From an uncultured virus (IMG/VR IMGVR_UViG_3300046340_000069) (Duplodnaviria > Heunggongvirae > Uroviricota > Caudoviricetes), in IMG/VR virus record IMGVR_UViG_3300046340_000069: a DNA stretch of 60,734 nucleotides; one strand, written 5' to 3'. A program made the position numbers and the translations under genes. The notes below the pieces were generated by a model. The model was not told the origin of the DNA. It saw nothing but the letters and a program-made list of their open reading frames with translations, and searched no databases. Shown here piece after piece: positions 19,473 to 29,881 of the stretch. Position 1 is the first letter of the stretch. Every line of letters begins with the position of its first letter.

Positions 19473-22400
19473 TTAAACAATAATAGAAACATCAGACTCG
19501 ATCATACAATAATGTTCAGATTCAATTTGCCCATAATAGTACAATTTTGTAGTATAGTTGGTATTAGTTAACCCACTACCAGCATCAATAATTTTTGCTC
19601 TAACAATACTACCGTTCAAACATTCTAATAAGATCTTAGCAGGGTCAGCAACCCCCTCTACCGCTAACATCATGTAGCGGGGATAATGCAATCCAGCATA
19701 CACAATATCAACGCCAGTCAATTCGCCCCCAACAATATTAAATTTGAATTCAGCGGGGATCACGTCTTTATCATTATTACTATTATATACAATAGAATAT
19801 ACATCATCTACTCCAATAGTATCATCAACGATCCAAGCACTCAAATGAGTAATAAAATCAGTAGAATTAACAGTAAGTGTTGTACTAGTAGTAGTATAAT
19901 TTGCAGATGGTTGGATAACTCCATTTACAAATAGTATTATGTTTCTATTAGTGGGGTTATTGGTAATGGTATAGATTTTATTGGTAAGGCTGACTAAATT
20001 TAATGCAGTAAAATTATCACTATAGACCCCATATGCCGTACCAGTAATATTTTGTGTAAAGACAACATTATTACCAACAATACTAAATTCATTATTTGGT
20101 ACATTATTTACAAACATAATCAATTTTGAAACATCTACAGGGACAAAAAGGTTAGTATTTGTGGTGAGTGTGGTAGTATTGGAGTTCGTTAATACTTTTT
20201 TGTCCGTATAAGTTAAAAATGAACTCGGTAGGTTGAGTATAGAGACCCGGTCACTCAAATCATTTATTGTTTGATGAATAGTTACGTTATTGTTAGCCAC
20301 CGAATAATCATAAGATGGATGTTGTGTAACTCCATTGATGTACAAAATTGAATTACTGGCAATCCTACTAACCAAATTATTAAATTTAATAATACTATAG
20401 TCAGTTGCCAATACGGTATTAGAATTAATTTTTTCTAATATCAATCTGTTATGATTTTCTGTCAGCCATACTAGATCTCCGTAATCATAATTGATAAAGG
20501 ACGAGTAGTTGCTGTGAACATAATCATTATCATTCCAAATGTAGTCGAAATATTGTTTTTTGAATTTAGTATTTTTGTATAGATCTTCTGGTAATGAATC
20601 GATATTAATAACGAAATCAGTTTCGTTTTTTTCGGCTAATATACTTAAAATATTCTCGATATTGATCTTATAGTCAATAACATTGTTGATCTGTGTCTCT
20701 CTATGTAGGTACATCTTCACTATATTATCTATGCTGTATATGCTGTATATCTTATTACCGAGCATATGTACATTATCCACCACAAAATTTTTCCATTCTA
20801 TTAGTGAATGTGGGGATTTTATTGAATAAGAATATTGTTGATGAGTAAGGTTGTCTGCGATCACATTATTAGAAGTAATAATACTATCCAAATTATCAGT
20901 AAAATCTTGAATAGTTTTGTTGCTGGTTGGAGTACAAATTAGTTCTGCTGTACGGACATTATGAATTTTACCAATTTTTCGTCCAGATTCATCCCACAAA
21001 AAATAATCATTATTCACTACAAATTTTCCAAATAATGATTTCACTTGCAAAGTCGAAGCAATTTTATTATATAAATTAATTTTACCCTTTGCCACATAAT
21101 TATTTCTAGTTAATCCATAATAAACAATACTGGTATTGATATCAGATTTGCTTAATATTGGAATGATAGTTGCACCAATACCAATTGATATAGAAACAAT
21201 AGGAATACTTTCAAAATAATTATCACTTTCAATAATGTCAATTCTACTAATAACACTATTAGCAACCACTAAACTAGCAGAAAACTGATTATTTAATACT
21301 ACAGAATTTTCAGTATAGCCAATACCATTAGTGATAATTATAAAATCGGTGATGGTATTATTAAATTTAATATCTAAAATCACATCACTATCCACTGAAT
21401 AATTTATAGTAGGGTCGCCACCAAACCCATCTCCATTGGTAATATTTTTAATATTTTTAATAGTTCCAATAGTATCACTACGAAATATAATAACTGCACC
21501 AACTCCATATTGTGATAATATAGTATGTGGTGGGATGGATTCTAAATTAATGCCGTTATCAATTATGTTTACTCCAATAATCCCACCAGTATTAGATACT
21601 GCTGAAACGATTATTTTTATATTAACATCTTCAAATTTTATAATATCTCCTACTGCATAATTAATACCAGGAATCTCTATTAGGTAATCATCTATTGCCC
21701 CATAGCTAATATTATCCACCTTTGCCAAATATGGATAAATTTTATTATTTGGTGAAGGGAATTTAACTTCATCATTGTATATTCTGATTGAACCACTAGG
21801 AATATTGCAATTATTTTGCAATTTCAGATGATTATAGGAATCAAATTTGTATTTGTATTGATTACCGACAAAATAAGGAAATGCGTCGGTTGCAAAATAG
21901 CAATATCTACCTTCTGGAAATTCTGGGGTATACGCAAACACCCCATTATACTCATCCAAAACACCACCAATATACTCATAATCTTCAATAAATGTTCCTA
22001 ATGGTGCGGTTGGTCTATTAGTAGAAGTAGTAATCTTGAGTGTCCAACTAGAGTATAGTTTATCAACCCCCCCTCTTGGCGCATCTACATATGCTCCATA
22101 TATAGGCACACCATCAAATGCCCAACCAATTATGGGAGAATGTACTGTTCTTACTGGTTCAATGTGTACTAATTGTAAATATTGTGGCGAAAAATTAGTA
22201 TCAGGTAGATTAGATTCGCCGACCCCACTATCTCCTTGATTATATACATATCCACCAGTACTATCTATAGGGGCATTATTTGCAATATTGTACGTCCAGC
22301 TATTTATAGTCGCAGCAAATACCGCAGAGTTTGGAAAATAATTGACTACCAATGTTGGATTATTGAAGTAGCTAGAACCACCATTTATTACTTCTACAGA

Positions 22401-24779
22401 CACTACTCTACCGAATTCAACATTGACAGAAAATTTAGCACCACTACCAGTAGTATTGATTACCTTTAATTCTGGACTAGTGAAGTAGTTTATACCACTA
22501 TTTTCTACCGATACGGACACAATTACTCCCAATTCTACCACTATACTAAATACCACTCCACTACCAGATTTTAAATATACTTCTGGAGTGGCAGAATATA
22601 CATCGGTGTTTGGGATGGCTAATGATTTGTAGTTGATAGGATCAAAGTCAACATCTGATAGTTCTGTAGGTAGAAAATAATATTTACCTACAAAACCAGA
22701 TATATACACGTTTGTAGTGGGAATAGTTAATGGAGTTAGATATTTCCCACCATTAACTATTTTTATTTCTGGGATCTCTGTATACCATTTACCAGGATTT
22801 TTTATTATTATTCCATTAATTACTCCACTCACATCATAATCAACTTCCAACTCCATATCTATCCCAGTAACATCATTAATATTTCTGGTGACAATTACTT
22901 CTGGCTTTTTATTATATCCACTCAATAAATCTTGGCTGATACCATCCAATGTTATTCTCTTCAAACTTCCATATATTTTTATAATATTGCTGTAATTCTG
23001 AGTATTAACATACAACTCTGGAATAGATTCATTAATTCTATTCGGTAAAAAATAATCATCCCCATTACTAATAATATCGATATTAGTCAAGTTACCATAG
23101 TCAATAGTTGCCCCTTTATAACTACAAATTTCTACCCCATTGGTGGTTAAGCCAATACCTTTATTGGTTGGACTTGGTTCGACTATATTATTTTTGATAA
23201 ATCTTTTCAGGATAGTTTGTTCCGAAAATGATCTAGTATTCGTAGTACTTACTGGCTTACCATCAGCAGTAATATACATATAATCATCAGTATCATATAT
23301 ACCATAAATATTACTCCACACATTGTATTCGGTAGCATCTTTAGTGATTGGAGATATACTATCAAAGATACTATCATTTTTATACCCACTGGCACCATCT
23401 AAAATCACGGCACCCGACCCACTACTAATTACTGAAAACTGACATTTTTTGTTGCCGGAACTCAATTCAACGGTAGCTGTACGATATTGATTATCGCTAT
23501 AAATTCTATACAATTTTACCACATCTTCGCCAACCATACTATAATTTTGCGTACCAGGAATCAATACATTTCTCGTAATACCAATCAGTTTATTGATAGT
23601 CTTAGATGTATAATTTATATACTCACCATTTAGACTGACTGTACCAGCAGTAGGAAATCCAATAGTAGAATCAACAATAATATCAGTTCCTACTATTGGA
23701 ATTAATTTGGTAGTTGGTGGCACATATAGTGAGTTATTTTTATCAGTGATAATCTTGACTATTACTCTTTCATTATCCCGATAAACTACACTTAAATCCG
23801 AGGTATAAATACTTATTTTATTCTGTGTTAATACAATATTCTTCTCTGATCTGATCTGCTCAAAATTGGTAGTGGTATCATTTAATTCTAATAATATTTC
23901 AGAATATACACTGTTGTCAGAATTTGTTTTAATCGTATACTCGTACGGTAATATTACAGAAGGTTCTTCGGTAGTAATATCTATATTGTTTATTACTGCT
24001 GTACAATTGGTACTAGTTATAGACTCACCAATTCTAAAACTTTTATCAGTTTCGTTCAAATATAATTCATTTATATCGGGGTTCCAATATGTAATTTTAC
24101 CCTTCGCGCCACTAATACTGCCAGTAACAATAGAATTGATATCAAAATCACGTTCAAGAATTACTACATTATTATTGTTGTTGTATAGAGTACCAGGATT
24201 TACTATGGACACCGCAGTAATCACTCCAGCGACTATATTATCTATTTGCAAAACCGCATCAGTACCAGCACCAATCACATCAATTGTTGGTTTGAAATTG
24301 TTGTTATAGCCAGAACCGCCATTAATTATAGTAGCAGTAGCTACGCTGCCATTCAACACTTCTAACAATACTACCGCACCAGAACCTCTCAGCAGTACTT
24401 TAATTTTGGTGGTAGTGTCATCGAACAACAATTTGAATAACGTTTTGATCGATTCCTCAGTACCTTTGCTGGTGTTGAAATCTTTGATGTGGGGTATTAA
24501 TGTCGAGTAATTGATTTTAGGATTCAATTTTTGTGGTAGATTTCCTAGATATTTGTATCTAAACTGGTCTAAGATCAGGTTTTGTTTATCTGTAAGATCT
24601 TGTATTTTATAGTTTTGAATATTGTAGTACTCAATCAGATTGTTCATCAGATCCAAATTGCCCAACGGCTGTTCTTGAGACTTGTAGTATTCCTCAATGA
24701 ATTGTACAAATTTAGGGTAACTCTCTACAATGTGATCTGGTAATAGTGATGAGACGGTGAGACTACTAGTTACTTTCAT
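19473..24779 (-). CDS. Large baseplate wedge protein (cyanophage gp7-like) with YHYH-type domain
   Basis: N-terminal YPKFVQFIEEYY..SKGT..LFKLLF; GSGY repeats; HSPIIGWAFDGVPIYG...TPEFPEGRYCYF. Confidence 0.75.
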   Translation of the reverse strand: MKVTSSLTVSSLLPDHIVESYPKFVQFIEEYYKSQEQPLGNLDLMNNLIEYYNIQNYKIQDLTDKQNLILDQFRYKYLGNLPQKLNPKINYSTLIPHIKDFNTSKGTEESIKTLFKLLFDDTTTKIKVLLRGSGAVVLLEVLNGSVATATIINGGSGYNNNFKPTIDVIGAGTDAVLQIDNIVAGVITAVSIVNPGTLYNNNNNVVILERDFDINSIVTGSISGAKGKITYWNPDINELYLNETDKSFRIGESITSTNCTAVINNIDITTEEPSVILPYEYTIKTNSDNSVYSEILLELNDTTTNFEQIRSEKNIVLTQNKISIYTSDLSVVYRDNERVIVKIITDKNNSLYVPPTTKLIPIVGTDIIVDSTIGFPTAGTVSLNGEYINYTSKTINKLIGITRNVLIPGTQNYSMVGEDVVKLYRIYSDNQYRTATVELSSGNKKCQFSVISSGSGAVILDGASGYKNDSIFDSISPITKDATEYNVWSNIYGIYDTDDYMYITADGKPVSTTNTRSFSEQTILKRFIKNNIVEPSPTNKGIGLTTNGVEICSYKGATIDYGNLTNIDIISNGDDYFLPNRINESIPELYVNTQNYSNIIKIYGSLKRITLDGISQDLLSGYNKKPEVIVTRNINDVTGIDMELEVDYDVSGVINGIIIKNPGKWYTEIPEIKIVNGGKYLTPLTIPTTNVYISGFVGKYYFLPTELSDVDFDPINYKSLAIPNTDVYSATPEVYLKSGSGVVFSIVVELGVIVSVSVENSGINYFTSPELKVINTTGSGAKFSVNVEFGRVVSVEVINGGSSYFNNPTLVVNYFPNSAVFAATINSWTYNIANNAPIDSTGGYVYNQGDSGVGESNLPDTNFSPQYLQLVHIEPVRTVHSPIIGWAFDGVPIYGAYVDAPRGGVDKLYSSWTLKITTSTNRPTAPLGTFIEDYEYIGGVLDEYNGVFAYTPEFPEGRYCYFATDAFPYFVGNQYKYKFDSYNHLKLQNNCNIPSGSIRIYNDEVKFPSPNNKIYPYLAKVDNISYGAIDDYLIEIPGINYAVGDIIKFEDVNIKIIVSAVSNTGGIIGVNIIDNGINLESIPPHTILSQYGVGAVIIFRSDTIGTIKNIKNITNGDGFGGDPTINYSVDSDVILDIKFNNTITDFIIITNGIGYTENSVVLNNQFSASLVVANSVISRIDIIESDNYFESIPIVSISIGIGATIIPILSKSDINTSIVYYGLTRNNYVAKGKINLYNKIASTLQVKSLFGKFVVNNDYFLWDESGRKIGKIHNVRTAELICTPTSNKTIQDFTDNLDSIITSNNVIADNLTHQQYSYSIKSPHSLIEWKNFVVDNVHMLGNKIYSIYSIDNIVKMYLHRETQINNVIDYKINIENILSILAEKNETDFVINIDSLPEDLYKNTKFKKQYFDYIWNDNDYVHSNYSSFINYDYGDLVWLTENHNRLILEKINSNTVLATDYSIIKFNNLVSRIASNSILYINGVTQHPSYDYSVANNNVTIHQTINDLSDRVSILNLPSSFLTYTDKKVLTNSNTTTLTTNTNLFVPVDVSKLIMFVNNVPNNEFSIVGNNVVFTQNITGTAYGVYSDNFTALNLVSLTNKIYTITNNPTNRNIILFVNGVIQPSANYTTTSTTLTVNSTDFITHLSAWIVDDTIGVDDVYSIVYNSNNDKDVIPAEFKFNIVGGELTGVDIVYAGLHYPRYMMLAVEGVADPAKILLECLNGSIVRAKIIDAGSGLTNTNYTTKLYYYGQIESEHYCMIESDVSIIV

Positions 24780-24810
24780 TTAATAAATTTGATACTTTTA
24801 TTCATATTCA

Positions 24811-24818
24811 TATTTATA
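24811..24818 (-). promoter_or_regulatory. T4-type late promoter TATAAATA (also 27906, 43040, 47613 on -; 35956, 35968, 58430 on +; CATAAATA at 40637; CTAAATA variants)
   Basis: Exact T4 gp55 late consensus a short distance upstream of structural gene starts. Confidence 0.75.
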
Positions 24819-24951
24819 GTTATCATGCGTGTAATTATTAAATTTAATAAATGACCTTCTAAAATCAATTAGAAGGTCATTATTTTTATGATTTGGTACT
24901 AGTAGTGATTATTTAAATTATCGTGCCTTACAGGGCATTCTAGACCCCCCC

Positions 24952-25376
24952 TCAGTGTATGTATGATGTGTTTAAGATATCTAACAATAGACAAAATTGA
25001 TGGAATGATAATTTCAACATATCATTTAAAATAAACCAACTATGTCTTTTTTTGGGGTCACTAATCCACTTCACTTCACTTGTTTTTTAGTCAATTCTAA
25101 TTCTGTTTGATATTTTAATAAAAACTCACCAGATATAAATTCTGGCAAGTTTAATTCTGTATATGCCTTATCAGAGATATTATTATAATAATATCTCCAT
25201 TTAAAATACAAAGAATTCATTCCATTGTCCTCATTCTTCTTAATAGAATACCCAGTAGTAATTCCTAGTATTCCCTCTGCACATAGGCAAGTTTGATCAT
25301 TTTTATCAACCAAACTACAAAACCCTTGTTTATATTTTGCGAAGTTGTCTTTCAGTTCTTGTAATTTGTTAATCAT
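24952..25376 (-). pseudogene. Fourth paralog of the tandem MINKL family, frameshifted by an extra 5-bp unit
   Basis: (cactt)x3 at 25067-25081; removing one unit restores ...QVKWISDPKKRHSWFILNDMLKLSFHQFCLLLDILN, matching the paralog C-termini. Confidence 0.8.
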
Positions 25377-25445
25377 GATAATTTACTCAAAAAAATTAGT
25401 TTATGTGACTTGAGGGACACTCTAGAACTAGTAGGGGGAGCATAT

Positions 25446-25856
25446 TTATTGTTCATTCAATAAATCTAGCAGCAAAGAAAATTGGGAGAAGGTTAAGTTA
25501 ATATAATCATTAATATCATGCCAAAAAAATGAATCAAATTCTTTATTAATGCTAACAATTTGAAATTTTGTTAATTTTAATTGTTTTTGATGAGTTAATA
25601 ATAAAGTTTTAGGAATGGGGTTGGGTAAATTTAATTGTTGATACACACTGCCAGGTATAGTACTATAATAGTATCCTCCATCCAATAGTATCATTTTTAT
25701 ATTATTGTGCATAGGAACATTAGCAATTGTTCCCCCCACAGTAATTGCTAATACCCCTTCAGCACATAGAGAACACCCATCAAGAGACACCAATCTTCGG
25801 TGATATTGATTATATTTGGCGAAATTCTCTTTTAATTGTTCTAATTTATTAATCAT
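25446..25856 (-). CDS. Hypothetical protein, tandem paralog family
   Basis: MINKLEQLKENFAKY..LCAEG..LNLP..LTF.QF.LLLD. Confidence 0.8.
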   Translation of the reverse strand: MINKLEQLKENFAKYNQYHRRLVSLDGCSLCAEGVLAITVGGTIANVPMHNNIKMILLDGGYYYSTIPGSVYQQLNLPNPIPKTLLLTHQKQLKLTKFQIVSINKEFDSFFWHDINDYINLTFSQFSLLLDLLNEQ

Positions 25857-25873
25857 GATATATATATATCTAT

Positions 25874-26281
25874 CTATAATTTGTTCAGGATGTCCAGCAG
25901 TAAAATAAATTGTGGAAAGGTTAATCTGACAATATCGTTTAGATTTGCCCAAGAAATGAGAGAATTAAGACTTTGTAGCATATCTATTTGTCTCGAAGTT
26001 AGTTGTAATTTTTTTGCCCACCAAAGAAGTTCAATTTTTGTTATATATTTGGGTAAATTTAACTCTGTATAATGGTAGCTGGGTATAGAAAACTCAAAAT
26101 AGCAACTATTTTCTTCTTCGTAAACCATATCGTCAGAAAATGAATATTGTTTTTTGATAATTAAACCATTAGATATAGCCAAAATAGCCTCTGCACACAG
26201 GCATTCGCCAGTCACTAATTTACAAAATCCTTGTTCATATTTGGCAAAATTCTCTTTTAATTGTTCTAATTTATTAATCAT
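25874..26281 (-). CDS. Hypothetical protein, tandem paralog family
   Basis: Same motifs as neighbours. Confidence 0.8.
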   Translation of the reverse strand: MINKLEQLKENFAKYEQGFCKLVTGECLCAEAILAISNGLIIKKQYSFSDDMVYEEENSCYFEFSIPSYHYTELNLPKYITKIELLWWAKKLQLTSRQIDMLQSLNSLISWANLNDIVRLTFPQFILLLDILNKL

Positions 26282-26705
26282 GATATATATATAGTTTGTC
26301 CAGAATGTCCAGCAGTAAAATAAATTGGGAAAAAGTTAATCTGACCCCATCGTTCAAAGATGCCCAACAAATTTGTTCGCCTTCCTGCATAATAGCCTTA
26401 ATTTGCTTTTTTGTCAACTTTAATTGTTCCCCCCATCCTATTAATTTTGATGTAGATATAAGCAACGGCAAATCTAAATTATCATAGATATTATGAGGAA
26501 TATTCAAATATAGATATACCCCATTAATACAAAACATGGAGACGTTATGTTCTGGATGAATTTTGATGTCAAGACCAGCAGTAAGTCCTAAAATTCCTTC
26601 TGCACAAAACTCGTATCCATCTTCATCTGTATTTCTCATCAACCTGCCGTATGTTTGTTCAAATGTGGCGAAGTTTTCTTTTAATTTGGTTATTTTTTCA
26701 ATCAT
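26274..26705 (-). CDS. Hypothetical protein, tandem paralog family
   Basis: Same motifs as neighbours. Confidence 0.8.
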   Translation of the reverse strand: MIEKITKLKENFATFEQTYGRLMRNTDEDGYEFCAEGILGLTAGLDIKIHPEHNVSMFCINGVYLYLNIPHNIYDNLDLPLLISTSKLIGWGEQLKLTKKQIKAIMQEGEQICWASLNDGVRLTFSQFILLLDILDKLYIYHD

Positions 26706-26749
26706 GATGCTTTCCTCAAAAAATTAATTTTCGTGCGTTGTAGGGCATT

Positions 26750-26956
26750 CTAGCGGTGTTTGGGAAGATATTCTCGCAGTCTGTCCATCTGTTTTAGTTC
26801 TTCTTTGTTTAATGTTGGTTGTAGCACATTAAAAAACTCTACCATTGCTGTTGCTTGTTGTGCTGCACTCTTAGCTGGTAGATCATCTTCGTAATATGCG
26901 ATTTCACTTGCTAGGAGTAGTTTAAAGATATTTTCTGCCAGTTGTTTGTCAATCAT
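26750..26956 (-). CDS. Hypothetical protein
   Basis: 68-aa ORF. Confidence 0.6.
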   Translation of the reverse strand: MIDKQLAENIFKLLLASEIAYYEDDLPAKSAAQQATAMVEFFNVLQPTLNKEELKQMDRLREYLPKHR

Positions 26957-27006
26957 ATATTAATAATGTTGGCTTATTACTAGTATATAACAGATTCTCG
27001 TTTTTG

Positions 27007-27345
27007 TCAAGATAAATCACGAAAAAACTCACCAATTTCTATTTTTTTCCTTTTTATTGAACTAAATAATTTAGGGACTACCCAACCTTGTCTATATCTG
27101 GAATGTATTGTATTGTAGCTTAGATTAAATGCAATGCACCATTCGCGCAAAGTTTGTTTTTTTTTAATTGGTACGAATTCCCTGTTGCAATATTCACATA
27201 CTTTTGATTTCTTTTGATATATATATATATTATGAAATTTTTTATAATCTGATAAATTTTGATATCCATGAGATTTAACATGAAATCTTAAATTATATTT
27301 GTCATAGAAGTTATTACAATTAACACATATTACACTATTTAACAT
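27007..27345 (-). CDS. Small zinc-finger/DNA-binding protein, probably an endonuclease relic
   Basis: CVNC..H..H and CEYC motifs; TLREWC..LSYNTIHSR..GW C-terminus; TGTTATAAT extended -10 upstream. Confidence 0.55.
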   Translation of the reverse strand: MLNSVICVNCNNFYDKYNLRFHVKSHGYQNLSDYKKFHNIYIYQKKSKVCEYCNREFVPIKKKQTLREWCIAFNLSYNTIHSRYRQGWVVPKLFSSIKRKKIEIGEFFRDLS

Positions 27346-27448
27346 AACAGTTAATTTATAAGATAATATAATTATTATAACACAAATCCCCAGAGTTATC
27401 CAGGGATTTGTGTTATGTGTTATTCAGTTTTACATGATGAGGCTTATA

Positions 27449-27870
27449 CTATATGGAGTTGAAATATTCTGCAATAGTTATAATTTTTACTTCATCGGTA
27501 ATTCGGTTTTTGATGGTGATTGCGGTGTCACCTGTAACACATTTCCCGCTTTGACGAGGTTGTCCCCAATATTAGCTAACCAGTTTATTGATTATGCGGC
27601 AATCGGGGACAAAAAAGGATACTTAACGACAACGAAGCGGTTGCGGTCAAACGTCTTCAGCAATTTTTCCTGATATTTATAAAGTTTTATATTTGTCAAC
27701 CCTTTATCCAATGTAACGATTTTGATGTAATTATTTGCAAAATAATTTATATCTTTTTTGCACTTCATAAATTCGTTTACATTATCCTCATCAAATTCTA
27801 TGTCTACACCAATTCTTTTTAGGAGCGGATTCGATTGAAAAGAGTTTTCCAGTTCTTTTTTTCTTGCCAT
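27449..27870 (-). CDS. gp17: Large terminase gp17 fragment 1 (N-terminus to Walker A) plus 30-aa split-intein N-fragment; interrupted by a 56-nt gap at 27560-27615
   Basis: NPLLKR..YFANNYIKIVTLDKGL..LYKYQEKLL..NRFVVVKYP then, after the gap, RQSGK|CVTGDTAITIKNRITDEVKIITIAEYFNSI*. Confidence 0.85.
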
Positions 27871-27954
27871 TTTTATTTTTGCTTGGATAAGTGTTTGAGT
27901 AATAATATTTATACGCAATATAAATAAAAATAAAATATGGCAACATATAAAAAT

Positions 27955-28752
27955 TTAGCCTATCATGAATATAGGATATTCCTCCCATTCTGATGACATT
28001 TTCGCCAAAAATGCTTCTTTTTCTCGAACACCGTCGTTGTATAGTGAGTCAGCGTTAAACATCACCCCACTAGGAAGTTGTATATTAGAAAATTTTCTTA
28101 GATTTTGCCCAAATTGTATTTTGACAAGTATTGCGAAATATTCTTTGACGAATCTATCATTATATATCTTCGCAAATTGAACAGGATCGAGTGCGCGTTG
28201 ACACTGAATAATTATAAAACGATCTAACATTGATTCAATATCAAAATCTAGATATAATCTACCATTATTTCTATTAAATTTAATAGCAGTTTCCGCATTC
28301 AATATATTTATAATGTTTTCAATGCTTTGACGTAGTAGATAAATATCAGTCAGATCTAACATCTGACCACCATAAAAGTTAAACTGTTCCATTATGAAGA
28401 ATTCGGGGGATCGACCGAACATGTCATGTAGGTAATTATTATTTGTTCTGGCAACACTAGTAATGCCAATTATATAGTCAGGAACTATTAAAAAGTTTTG
28501 ATTGTCAAAGAATGACAATCCACCAGGATTCAATATTTGTGTGTGTGTCTTTTTGTTATCAATATCTTGCTGTGTAATTTTATATTTAAGATACACCTCT
28601 TCTGTGCCGTCATACACACGATCCTGGTATAGTTGGAGTACGTCATCAAGAAGTTGTTCTAACTGGGAATTCTCTACATTTATTTCTATTAGTGGCGCAC
28701 CTAATTTCTTTTTTGCGTAATCAAACAATGCTGTGCGAGAATTTATTGACAT
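27955..28752 (-). CDS. gp13: Neck protein gp13
   Basis: KLGAPLIEINV..QFGQNLRKFSNIQLPSGVMFN. Confidence 0.9.
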   Translation of the reverse strand: MSINSRTALFDYAKKKLGAPLIEINVENSQLEQLLDDVLQLYQDRVYDGTEEVYLKYKITQQDIDNKKTHTQILNPGGLSFFDNQNFLIVPDYIIGITSVARTNNNYLHDMFGRSPEFFIMEQFNFYGGQMLDLTDIYLLRQSIENIINILNAETAIKFNRNNGRLYLDFDIESMLDRFIIIQCQRALDPVQFAKIYNDRFVKEYFAILVKIQFGQNLRKFSNIQLPSGVMFNADSLYNDGVREKEAFLAKMSSEWEEYPIFMIG

Positions 28753-28780
28753 TTTATTAAATTTAATAATTTTGTGTTAG

Positions 28781-29188
28781 TTAGGGAAAATTTCCCCCGT
28801 CTATAAAATAGTCATTATCACCATCATTAGTTGGTGGTATAGCTGTATTTAATATGTCAGTCACCCCTTGAGTCACGGTTATTGTGCCAGAATATAATCT
28901 GTATACTGTGTTTGTATCTACTAATGTCGATATATCATATACATATTGCCCAGTCGCCATACTAGAGGTAGTAAGATTAGTCAACTCTATAGTAAATTCT
29001 CCTAATAATGGATTAGTTTTATTACATAATATATATATAGTTTCTGAAGAATTGTACACTCCTTGTATTGCTCCAGAAATTGCCCAACTGGTAATGTCTT
29101 TTGGTGAGCGATTATCATTCAATATCTTGATTGTTTCTAGAAACGTTGAAAACTGTTTAACTTCATAATTCTTTATAATGGTTTTCAT
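28781..29188 (-). CDS. Putative virion structural protein
   Basis: GQYVYDI..RLYSGTITVTQGVT, typical of Ig-like cyanophage virion proteins. Confidence 0.6.
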   Translation of the reverse strand: MKTIIKNYEVKQFSTFLETIKILNDNRSPKDITSWAISGAIQGVYNSSETIYILCNKTNPLLGEFTIELTNLTTSSMATGQYVYDISTLVDTNTVYRLYSGTITVTQGVTDILNTAIPPTNDGDNDYFIDGGNFP

Positions 29189-29400
29189 TTTTGTAGTAAT
29201 TGTTTTAATAGTGTTGTTATTTCTAATAAACTTTCTGACAACTCTATTACAGAAATTTCTAAATTAACTAATCTGAGATTATTGTTTTGAATATTAGCAA
29301 GATTATCTATATATTGTTTATACATATCACTATCTTGTAATAGTATAGCACCAGTAATAGGGTCTTTACATAATGATGGTTCAGAGATTATCTTGTACAT
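29185..29400 (-). CDS. Small hypothetical protein of T4-like cyanophages
   Basis: LCKDPITGAIL plus coiled-coil C-terminus; late promoter upstream. Confidence 0.6.
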   Translation of the reverse strand: MYKIISEPSLCKDPITGAILLQDSDMYKQYIDNLANIQNNNLRLVNLEISVIELSESLLEITTLLKQLLQK

Positions 29401-29481
29401 AGTTATAATGCTGTATTTATTATATATTTATGTTATAATGATTATATCGTTTATTATTAGTATGGCAAAACTTCGATAAAT

Positions 29482-29769
29482 ATAACATATGCCAATGGCA
29501 GTAGCTATAAAACACAAGTTATTATGCCAAGAGTAAATGGTAAGCAAATAAATTTTACTTCTAAAGATCTTAATTCCCTCCAGAATATTCATTTTCAGTT
29601 TGGTACAGAATCAGGATTAGTGTCTCCAGAACGATACCTCAAAGAAACTCCTAACTGGTTGCCCGATTCTACTATCCAATTCTCACTAGAACAGCAGAAT
29701 AAACTAGACCAATTAATTGAAGCACATTTAGAAAATCAGGCATCTTGGGATAAGCCTATTAGATTCTAA
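29482..29769 (+). pseudogene. HNH family relic (C-terminal part only)
   Basis: GSSYKTQVIMPRVNGK..ERYLKETPNWLPD..LIEAHLENQASW; HNH domain missing. Confidence 0.8.
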
Positions 29770-29881
29770 GAGGGGTCTGGAATGCCCCACAATGCACGAT
29801 AACTATAAATACGAGTGCTAGTGTCATAATCATAAAAATATGACCTTCTAAAAATCAATTAGAAGGTCATATTTTTGTATA

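Noticed and set aside
27421..27436. attcagtttt(t)acatg shared with 56402-56417 upstream of terminase fragment 3
   Set aside because: Short and AT-rich, in opposite orientation relative to the two genes; cannot be distinguished from chance.
27560..27615. Terminase gap as a group I/II intron or a simple programmed frameshift at CCT-TTT-TT
   Set aside because: Too short for a ribozyme core, wrong terminal nucleotides, and every frame contains TAA.
27410..27673. Plus-strand 87-aa ORF
   Set aside because: Antisense shadow of terminase fragment 1 and its intein piece.
27592..27918. ORF-track 108-aa ORF as a complete gene
   Set aside because: A late promoter lies at 27906-27913, so the start is likely ATG 27870, and FLSPIAA* is translation of the gap.
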